Of a stretch of 64,000 bases of DNA, positions 10,047 to 19,313 are shown one piece after another (the stretch's first letter is position 1; each line of letters begins with the position of its first letter). The notes under the pieces are model-generated. The model was not told the DNA's origin and made no database searches. It was given only the letters and a program-made list of their open reading frames with translations. This DNA comes from an uncultured Planctomycetota bacterium (lineage in GTDB: Bacteria > Planctomycetota > Planctomycetia > Isosphaerales > Isosphaeraceae). Position numbers and translations under genes: made by a program. The stretch is from the NCBI GenBank assembly GCA_963845755.1, contig CAWJTV010000011.1, forward strand, positions 832,001 to 896,000, read 5' to 3'.

Positions 10047-13000
10047 TTACAGATACCGCTGATCCGGCGTCCAAAGAAACAAGAAATATTGATAGATAGA
10101 CCGCCATCGATCGGCGCCGTGGAGGGCCAGGACCTTGGCGACGGAGATCCGCGTCCGGTTCTTGGTCGCGTCGTGATCGGTGCCGGGCGCGGGGTCGTCG
10201 GGGAGGGCCTCGACCTGCTCGACGGCTCGCCGCGGGTTGACCAGGGCCAGCGCGGTCAGGATGTCCGGCGACACGTAGTCGGCGCCGAAGATCGCCTGGC
10301 GCGCCCCGGCCCGGTCCAACTCGGGCTCGAGCAACCGGGCGGCCAGGCCGCGATCGTAGCGGGCGACCATCATCGCGAGCACGGCGGTGGCCCTGGCCAG
10401 TTGAGGCTCATCGGCAGCGGTCTGATCGCCGCGGGCGCGGCGGAGCAAGACGGCGCGGCCGAGGAAGTCCGGCAGGCGGTCCGGTGCGACCTGCTCGACG
10501 ATCGGCAGCAGGCCAATCGCTACGGTCAAGGGGCTGGGCTGGCCGGTCTCGAGGTTCTGCGCGGCCAGGCGCTCCAGCTCGATGAATGCCTCGTCGAGCA
10601 GTCGGACCGCCGCCGACCGGTCCGTCGCGGCGACCGCCTGCGCCATCAGCCCGAAGGCATAGGGACGCAGGGGCAAAGCATCCGGCGAGATTCGCGATTC
10701 GGCGAGCCGACGGGCCCGGGCCAGGTCCTGGGGCGCCATCCTCGTGCAGACGGCGACGATCTCGCGATCCATGTCCGGCCGGAGGCTCGTGTGTTCCAGC
10801 AGGATTCGCTCGGCGACGGCCGGGGAGCGGGCCGCCAGTTTGTGGGCGATCCGGCCGTAGTGCTGCTCGAAGATCCGGCTGCGGTCGCCCGGCTCGGTCT
10901 TCCGGGCGTCCTGTCTCTGCTCCTCAACGATCTTCAGCGCGGCGGGCAAGTCGACCTGCGCCAGCGATACAGCGAGGTAAAGGGGGGCGTGCTCGGAGGC
11001 CTTGTCCCCCCTGGGGATATTCCTGGCCAGTTCCTGACCCTCGCGAAGCACGGCTCGGGCGCGTTCGACGTCTCCCAGGTCGATCAGGCGGTCGGCGATC
11101 TGGCCGGTCACGTTGAATCGGTGCAGCAAGGGAGTGACGGGCTTGCTATGCAAGATCGCCTGATCGAGGAACTGCGCGCTTGCGCTCGGGAGCCAGGTTC
11201 GGTATGACGTCCACGAGCCGGACGTATCCATAAGCCCGCGCGTTCGCGCTCGTAGCGGCCTCGATGATGGCGGTCGCATCGTCGAGGCTCTCACTAGCCA
11301 TGGCTTCCGCCAGCAGGGAGCGAATCTCGTCGACGGAGTCGGGATCGCCGAACTTGGCCTCATCGAGCCACTCCATCGTGGAGTGCGGATCGATGGCGGC
11401 CGCGTCTCTCAGGACCACGTATTTCTGTTCGTCGTCGCCGCGCTCGAGGACCTTCGCCGCCAGGGGCTCGATCAACCGGCGGGCCAGGGCTTGCTCCTCT
11501 TCGATTGGCAGGGCGGATGCGAGCGTCTGGTACGCGACGATGGGAGGCTCGCTGGTGCGCGCGAGCGTGACCTTCACGGGAAGAGGATCGCCGGAGCCGG
11601 GGCTCACGGAACATCCAACAGGCGCAGACCGATATCCCTCCGTTTCGACGAAGATCAGAGCCGGTCCTTCGAGGACGCCGGGGAGCTGGAATCGGCCATC
11701 TTCCGCGGTGAGGGTTTCGGTCGGAATCGGTCCATCTCCCGACTGTCGAATCCGGGCGCCGGCGAGCGGCTGGCCTTGGCGGTTGACGACCCGTCCTTCG
11801 ACGTTCCCCACGCGCCTCAGGGCCAGGACGGGGGGCTTGGTCGATCTCTCGCCCAGTGCGATGGCGGGCGACCGTGCCGTCAGCCGGCCGGGTGCAAATG
11901 CCTCGGCATAATAGGAGGCATTGGCCGCGAATCGCCGTCGCAAACGATAGCGCCCCGCGGCGTCGGTACGCAGCGCGCGCGAGCCGTCTTCGCCCGCGAT
12001 CGGGTCGATGAGGATCACGCGCCTGCTCTTGTCCTTGACCTCGCGCCAGATCCGGACCGACGCGCCGGCAATCGGCCGGCCGGCCGTATCGACAACCCGG
12101 CCAGCAACAGGCGTGGTGTGCTTCGGGTTGATGGTGAGCCTCATGGGCGCTCGGCCGTGGCCTGGGTCTGGATGGTCACCGCGGGCGTGCTGGCGAAGCC
12201 ATCCCACGCCGTGAGGCTCAGCTCGGCGATCGGATCGATGCCGTGGAGTGTGAAGTTGCCGGACCGGTCGGTGCGCGCCAGCGACGCCTGGGACCTTCCC
12301 TCTTCCGAACCCCAGATCGCCTCGACCTCGGCGCCGGCGACGGCCTTGCCGTCCTCGCCGACGACCACGCCCTGAACCTCCACGCCGCGCCGCAGCGCGA
12401 TCGGCGGCATCTCCAGCTCGGCGACCCCTCGCGGAGGCATACTCTGGGGGATCTCCGCCTGGTCGGCCGGCGTGAAGAAGGGAGCGGGGATCCGGATCGG
12501 CCACCCGAACGGCTGGTTCACTTCGCGGAGGATCCGACCGGCGAACCGGCCCGCGGCGTCCGCCATGGTGAATCGGTCGCCGCCGTAGTAGCTGTTCAGG
12601 ATCACCTTCGCGCCCACGATCGGCCGGTTCGTCCCCTTCTCGCGCAGCACTCCGCGGACATTCACCGTCTCGCGCAACGGGATCGCGATCTCGGTCGTCC
12701 GCCCGGCCTTCACGACGACGTGCTTCGGCGCCGGTCCGCGCAACGGAGGACTCCTGGCGGCGTCGAATTCCAGCGCAAGGTCGAGCGTCCCCGCGGCCAT
12801 GGCGGGGATCTCGAATCGTCCTTGGGGGTCGCAGACCACAATGGCCGACCCACGATGCCCGGAGCCGGCATAGCCGCCGACCTGGGTCGCGGCGCGGAGA
12901 GTCACACCTCGGATTGGCTCATTAGCTGGGGCGACCAATCGTCCCACGACCCGGCCGACCGGCGCCAGCGCGAGGTTGATGATTTGATCGGCGTCTTTGC

Positions 13001-13709
13001 GTTTGCTGATATCGGGAATCCGGAATCCCGAATCCGGAATCTCGAATTGGGAATCCGGAATCTCCAGCGTTTGTGTACCAAACCCAGCCGCCTCGACCCG
13101 GAACGAGCCGAGCGCCTCAGGCGACAACCCTGCAAGGGCGGCTCGACCGCTCGCATCGGTCGTGGACGCGAGAGTCTGTCCCAATGGCTCGGGGATGAGC
13201 ACGTCTGCGGCGCGAATGGGAATGACCCGGGCACCGGCCACGGGCTTGCCGTCGGGACCGAAGAGGCGGATCGGCGTTTGGCCGGGCGATCCGAGCTCGA
13301 GTCGGATGGGCGGATCGTCATGCAGGACGACTCGCGGCAGACGATGCGAGGCGACGCGTGTGCCCTCTCCAACGGTCACCGCCCAGACCGTCATCGGCGG
13401 CGGCGTCCGCCGCGCGACGACCTCGGCGGGGATTTCGAGTCCGAACCGGCCGGCGGCGTCGCTACGAGCGTGAACGAGGATCGGCGGCGCTCCCTCGCCC
13501 GGGTCGGTGAAGGACGCGTACCACATCTCTTCCCCGAACTGTCGCCCCTCATCGGCGCGGATCGCGTCGGCCAGCCAGATGTTGACATTCGCAGCCGGCC
13601 GGCCCGAGCCGTCGACGACGGTGCCCACGATCGCGACCGGCTTCGGGTCGGGCGAGGGAGACAGTTGGGCCAGGGCCAGGGTTGCCAGCACCACGGGTAC
13701 GAGTGCCAT
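10047..13709 (-). CDS. Large secreted protein with carboxypeptidase-regulatory-like beta repeats and a helical C-terminus, paralogue 1 (frameshifted)
   Basis: Repeated GxVVDxxGxPxAGAxV ... TDxxGRF units over ORFs 12141, 11146 and 10047; signal peptide. Confidence 0.8.
13014..13062. repeat. Seven tandem heptamers (NNGAATY) inside the CDS
   Basis: GGGAATC CGGAATC CCGAATC CGGAATC TCGAATT GGGAATC CGGAATC. Confidence 0.9.
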
Positions 13710-13748
13710 CAGCGTCGACTCCTGTCACGAGGAGGCGGTCCGTCAACT

Positions 13749-16700
13749 CTACAAATAGCGCTGGTCGGGGGTCCAAAGACCCAGGAAGTATTGGTAGATA
13801 TACCGCCAGCGGTCGGCGCCGTGGAAGGCCAGGACCTTGGCGACGTAGATCCGCGCCTGGTACTTGTTGGCCATGGGGTCGGTGCCGGGGGCGGGGTCTT
13901 CCGGCAGGGCCTCGACCTGCTCGACCGCCCGTTTCGGGTCGATCACCGCCAGGGCCGCCAGGATCCGCCAGGTCACCAGGTCCGTGCCGAAGGCCGTCGC
14001 GTGGCTCCCGATCTTTCGCAGCTCGGGCTCGAGCAACCGGGCGGCCAGCGCGCGATCGTACCGCGCGATCAACATCGCCATCGCGGGCGTGTTGTACGCG
14101 TTGACGTTCCCTTCGCGACCGGTCGGGTCGCCCTGGGGCGGCCGCAGCGCCAGGGTGCGGGCCAGGTACTCCGCCAGCCGGTCCGGCTCGATCGCCTCGA
14201 CGATCGGCAGCAAGCCCCCGCCCTGGTCGGGAACGGGGTAAGTGGCCATTTCCCCGCTGGCGCTGACCTGGTCGAGGGCCGCGTAGGCCGCGTCGATCAG
14301 CTCGAGGGCTGCGGTCTTGTCGGTTGCGGCGATCGCCCGGGCCATCAGGCCCAAGGTATGCGGCCGATAGGCCAGCGCGCCGTGCGAGAGGCGGCGTCCG
14401 GCGATGCGGCGGGCGCGGGCCAGGTCCTTCGCAGCCATCCGGGAGCAGACCGCGGCGACGTACCGATCCGCGGTCTCGTTGATCGGGATCCGCTCCAGCA
14501 CGCGTTCGGCGTCGGCCGGCGATTGAGCCGCCAGCCTGTAGGCGATGGCGCCGAGGGCGCGTTTCGAAGAGAATACTGCGGTCGCTCTTGTCGTTCTTGC
14601 GCGTTGTGCGCGAGATCGTCGAGGAGCTTCAGTGCGGCCGGCAGGTCGAGCCGGGCCAACGCCTCGGCGACCAGGCCGAGGTTGTAACCGTTCTTATTGC
14701 CTTTGGGGGTATTCTGGCCGATCCCGAGCGCCTCGTCGATCACGGCCCGCGCCCGTTCGGTCTCGCCCAGGTCGAGCCAGCGTTCGGCGAGCTGGGCCTC
14801 GATCTGGAGCCGGTCCGTGGACGACTTCATCCCCCGCTCGTTCACGGCCGCTTGCGCGAGGAGTTCCCGGAGTCGGGCCGGCGGCAGGTCGCGCCGGAGC
14901 TCGCAGATCCCCACGTATCCCCAGGCACGGATATCGGCGGTACCGCTGGCCTCGAGCAAGTCCGTCGCCTCGTCGAGATTCTCGCGCGACAGGGCTTCGG
15001 CCAGGTTGACCCGGGCGACCGTGAGATAGTCGGGGTTGACGAACTTGAACGACTCCAGCCGTTCGAGCATGTCGAGCGGGTCGATCTCGGCCGTGTCCTG
15101 GAGAAGGCGCAGTTTCTCCAATTCCGTGCCACACTGGAGGAACGTCTCGACACAAGGTTGAATCAGCCGTCGCGCCAGGACGATCTCCTCTTCAACGGGC
15201 AGGGCCGGCGGGAGGGTGTGATACGCGATGGTAGGCGGTTCGTTCGTCCGCGCGAGCACGACCTGGACCGGTTGGGATCCGTGGTTGACCGGCCGGAAGT
15301 GGGTCCGGAACCCCTCTTTTTCCGCGAAGACCAGCGCAGGTCCCTCACAGACGCCGGAAAGCCGAAACCGGCCGTCCTGGGTACTGAGGGTTTCGGTCGG
15401 CAACGGGCCGTCGCCCGACTGGCGAATCCGGGCGCCGGCGATCGGCTGCCGCTGACGGTCGACGACCCGCCCTTCGACGGTCCCCACGCGACGGAGCACC
15501 AGGACGGAGGTCTTGGTAAATTGTTCGGCGAGGGCGATGGCAGGCGATCGCGCCGTGAGCTGGCCCGGCGCAGACGCCTCGGCGTAATAAGAGGCATGCG
15601 CCGGGAATCGTCGTCGCGAGCGGTAGCGGCCGTCGGCGTCGGTGTGCAGCGCGACGGAGCCATCACCGGCTGCGATCGGCTCGACGACGATCACGGCCCC
15701 GGCCTTGTTCCGGAGCTGGCGCCAGATCCGGACCGATGCGCCGGCGATCGGCTGGCCGGCCGGGTCGACGACCCGGCCGCCGACGGGGGTCGTGTGCTTC
15801 GGGCTGATGGTCAGGGTGACCGGTCGAGCGCCGGGCCGGACCGTGACCTCGGGCGTGCTGGCGAATCCGTCCCAGGCCGTGACGTGGAGATCGGCGAGCG
15901 GATCGACCCCGTGAAGTGTGAACATGCCTGCCTGGTTGGTCCGCCCCAGCGCCGACCAGGGCTGCTCCTCGGCACCGGTCCAGATCGCCTCGACCTCGGC
16001 GCCGGCGACCGGCTTGTTGTCTTCGCCGACGACGGTCCCCTGGACGTCGACGCCGCGCGCCAGCACGAGTGGTGTCAGGTCGAACTCGCGGACCTCGCGC
16101 AGCGGCATTCTCTGCTGCGGGAGGGTGATGTCGGCCGGCTCGAAGAAGGGTGCGGGAATCCGGACCGGCCAGCCGAATGGCTGGGTCATCTCGCGAACGA
16201 TCCGGGCGGTGAACGTTCCCTGGGCGTCGGTCACGGCGAAGTGATCGCCGCCCAATCGCCCATTCAAGACGACCTTCACGCCCGGAACCGGCCGGTTCGA
16301 CTCCCTCTCGCGCACCAGCCCTCGGAGCTTCACCGTCTCGCGGAGCGGGATTGTCATCTCGGTCGATTGTCCGGCCTTGGCGATGAGGTGCCTCGGCGCC
16401 TCGCCGCGCAGCGGCAGGCTCCTGGCGGGGTCGAATTGCAGCTCGAGTGTCAGTACGCCCGCAGCGATGGCGGGGATCTCGAACCGTCCCTGCGCATCAC
16501 ACGTCACGGTCGCCGACCCGCGATGCCCGGAGCCGGCATAGCCGCCGACGAGCGTCGACGCACGAACGGTTACGCCCGTGATTCGCTCATGGCCCGGCGC
16601 GACCAGTTTGCCCGCAATCCGGCCGACCGGAGCCAACCGGACATCGAGGGACGGAGGAACCTCGATCTCCTGTTCGCCGAACCCCTGCGCCTCGACGCGG

Positions 16701-17302
16701 ACGGCTCCCAGCACCTCGGGCGCCAGGCAGGCGATGACCGCCCGACCGTTAGCGTCGGTCGTGGTCTCGAGCGCGTAGGTCAATCGTTTGCGGATCGGCA
16801 GGTCTCCGGCGCGGATCGGAGTGACCCGGGCGCCGGCGACCGGTTTGCCGTCGGGGCTGAGGATGGTCAGATCGGTCCTGGCGGGCGCGCCGAACACGAT
16901 GCGGACCGGAGGATCATTTGCCAGCACGATGCGCGGCAGGCGCAGCCAACCGAGGCGTGCGTCCTTTCCGGCAGCCGCCGCCCAGATCGCCAGGGGCCGC
17001 GGCGACCGTTGCGCGACGGCGTCCGCCGGGACGAGGAACGTGAATCGGCCCGCGGCATCGGCCGAGATGTGGTCGGATACGGGCGTGCGCCCTTCGTTCG
17101 GCCGAGTGGTGGGCGACCACCACAATTCGATGCCGACCTGCCGGCCTTCCTCGGGGCTCATCGCCTCGGCCAGCCAGACGTCGGCAAACGCGACAGGAGA
17201 GCCCGACCGGTCAACCACGATCCCCGTGATCGGAACCGGCTTCGGGTCGGCCGAGGGGGGCAGTTGGACCAGAGCCAGGAAGACCAGGGTCGTGAGTGAC
17301 AT
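13749..17302 (-). CDS. Large secreted protein with carboxypeptidase-regulatory-like repeats, paralogue 2 (frameshifted)
   Basis: Colinear with paralogue 1: shared VGGYAGSGHRGSA, QPFGWP.RIPAPFF and C-terminal GADRWR.IYQYFL.LWTPDQRYL. Confidence 0.8.
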
Positions 17303-17478
17303 GCGAATTCTCCTACGGTTGCACTGACAAATGTCGAATCTCAGGGTAACGGCCGGAAGATACCGGGTCAAGGCGGGGTGGGCGGGCCGTTCCGCATGTC
17401 GGTGGACAGCCAAACGACGACCCGAGCCATATGGTAGTGTGGGTGAAACTACTAATATAACATAAAAACTTGTTAATA

Positions 17479-17514
17479 TAACTTGTTCCCACGCGGGAGC
17501 GTGGGAACAAGTTA
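17479..17514. repeat. Perfect hairpin (REP-like)
   Basis: TAACTTGTTCCCACGC-GGGA-GCGTGGGAACAAGTTA. Confidence 0.85.
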
Positions 17515-17636
17515 GAGTCTGTCCCAGAAGGGCGAGCGGCGGACGTCAGCCCCCTGTCCGGTGAGCGACGGACCTCCAAGACAGGGGGGCTGACGCCCCC
17601 CGCTCGCCCGGCCCGGCCCCTTCCGGGACAGACTCT
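17514..17636. mobile_element. MITE-like element with an internal REP-like palindrome
   Basis: Terminal IRs AGAGTCTGTCCCAGAAG / CTTCCGGGACAGACTCT; inner arms GGCGAGCGGCGGACGTCAGCCCCCTGT / ACAGGGGGGCTGACGCCCCCCGCTCGCC. Confidence 0.7.
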
Positions 17637-17707
17637 GAATCGACTCAAGAAACGGCCGGAAATTGGTGGGTTTCGTCCACCCTACTCAAATAAAAAAAGT
17701 ACGGGCC

Positions 17708-17755
17708 TTGACTGGCCGTAGAGTCACCGATACACTGTATTAGTTCGATAGCACA
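17708..17755 (+). promoter_or_regulatory. Sigma70-type promoter with overlapping YtrA/GntR-type operator
   Basis: TTGACT (17708)-17 bp-TACACT (17731); palindrome TGTATTA-N6-TAGCACA at 17736-17755, just upstream of the GntR gene. Confidence 0.75.
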
Positions 17756-17772
17756 CTAGGGAGCCAGGACGA

Positions 17773-18192
17773 ATGATCATACTCGACCTGAACACGGGCA
17801 ACGAGCGGCCGATTTACAACCAGATCGCGGACCGAGTGAAGTTCGCGGTGGCCGGAGGTGCCTTGCGTCCCGGCGACATGGTGCCTTCGGTGCGGGAGTT
17901 GTCGAAGCAGTTGGTGGTGAACCCGAACACCGTGGCGCGGGCCTACGGGGACTTGCAGAAAGAGGGCCTGCTGGAAACGGTGCGCGGGATGGGGCTCCAG
18001 GTGGCCGAGGGCGCCGTGGACCGCTGCCGCGTGGCGCGTCGGGAGATGGTGCGCCAGCGATTGCGGCACGTCATCGAGGAGACGTGGCAGAGCCGGATGG
18101 ACCCGACGGAGATCGAGACCATCTTCCGGGAGGAATGGGCCCGCGTGGCCAGCCGGAGCAATGGCGAGGCCGGGATCTCCGCCCGAGCCTAG
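17773..18192 (+). CDS. GntR-family regulator, YtrA subfamily
   Basis: RPIYNQI...LRPGDMVPSVRELSKQLVVNPNTVARAY; short; precedes ABC genes. Confidence 0.92.
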   Translation: MIILDLNTGNERPIYNQIADRVKFAVAGGALRPGDMVPSVRELSKQLVVNPNTVARAYGDLQKEGLLETVRGMGLQVAEGAVDRCRVARREMVRQRLRHVIEETWQSRMDPTEIETIFREEWARVASRSNGEAGISARA

Positions 18193-18267
18193 CGGATTTT
18201 GGGCCTGCTTCTTGATTCCATCCCAAATCCCAAGTCCAGAATTCCCAATCGATCGAGGGGGCGCGGC

Positions 18268-19230
18268 ATGGCACACGCGGGGGCGGTGATCCGGGTCGAT
18301 AGGCTGACCAAGCGGTACCGGAGCCAGACGGCGGTCGATGGGCTGTCGCTGGAAGTGCCCGAGGGCTCGGTCTTCGGCCTGCTGGGTGAGAACGGGGCGG
18401 GAAAGACCACGACGATCCAGACGGTACTGGGGATGATCCAGCCAAGCTCGGGCCGGCTCGAAGTGCTGGGCATCGACCCGTCGCGGCAGGGGTTCGAGGT
18501 GCGTCGGCGCGTGGGTTTCGTGCCCGAGGCTCCGGTGCTCTACGACGGGATGACTGTGGCTCAGATCGGCTGGTTCGCCGCGGCGTTCCACCTGGATGCC
18601 AGGAGGTCCACCGGAGGCTACCGGACGCGGTACGCCGAGCTGACGCGCGATTTCGAGCTGCCGCCGAAACGGAAGATCAAGGAGCTCTCGAAGGGGATGA
18701 GGGCGAAGGTGTCGCTGTCTCTGGCGCTCGCCTCGGACCCGTCGCTGCTGATCCTCGACGAGCCGACCTCCGGGCTCGACGTGCTGGTCCGCCGCGAGTT
18801 CCTCGAGAGCATGGTCGACCTGGCCGGGGCGGGCCGGACCGTGCTGCTGTCCAGCCACCAGATCGGCGAGGTCGAACGGGTCGCCAGCCATGTGGCCTTG
18901 CTTCATCGCGGCAAGCTGATCCTCGCCGAGCCGCTGGACGACCTGAAGGCCCACACCTTCGTGATCTCGGTGATGTTCACCAGCCGCGACCACCCCGAGA
19001 CGCCTCCCGAGGGACGCGGCCTGGAGCTGATCGACGCCTCGGACGCCCCGCGCCAGGCGCGCTGGCTGGTCCGGGCCGCGGACCGCTCGGCGTGCGAAGC
19101 CCTGCGAGCCATGCCGGGTGTCGAGGACCTGAACGTCGAGTCGCCCAGCCTGGAGGAGATCTACATCGGCTACATGCGCGCCCGGCGGCCCGAGCGCCCG
19201 GCGCAGCCGCGGGTCTGGTACGTGGCGTGA
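18268..19230 (+). CDS. ABC transporter ATP-binding protein
   Basis: Walker A GENGAGKTT, signature LSKGM, Walker B LLILDEPTSGLD, H-loop LSSH. Confidence 0.95.
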   Translation: MAHAGAVIRVDRLTKRYRSQTAVDGLSLEVPEGSVFGLLGENGAGKTTTIQTVLGMIQPSSGRLEVLGIDPSRQGFEVRRRVGFVPEAPVLYDGMTVAQIGWFAAAFHLDARRSTGGYRTRYAELTRDFELPPKRKIKELSKGMRAKVSLSLALASDPSLLILDEPTSGLDVLVRREFLESMVDLAGAGRTVLLSSHQIGEVERVASHVALLHRGKLILAEPLDDLKAHTFVISVMFTSRDHPETPPEGRGLELIDASDAPRQARWLVRAADRSACEALRAMPGVEDLNVESPSLEEIYIGYMRARRPERPAQPRVWYVA

Positions 19231-19313
19231 AGGAATATACGAGTGATCGGTCGTAGCGTGGTGTCGAACGTCGCGCAGCGGCGTGAGGCCCACCGAGGAG
19301 CTGGAGCCATCCC

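Noticed and set aside
8088..17299. Very long plus-strand ORFs (8088-11207, 12243-14687, 14588-17299)
   Set aside because: Antisense shadows of high-GC minus-strand genes, with no recognisable motifs.
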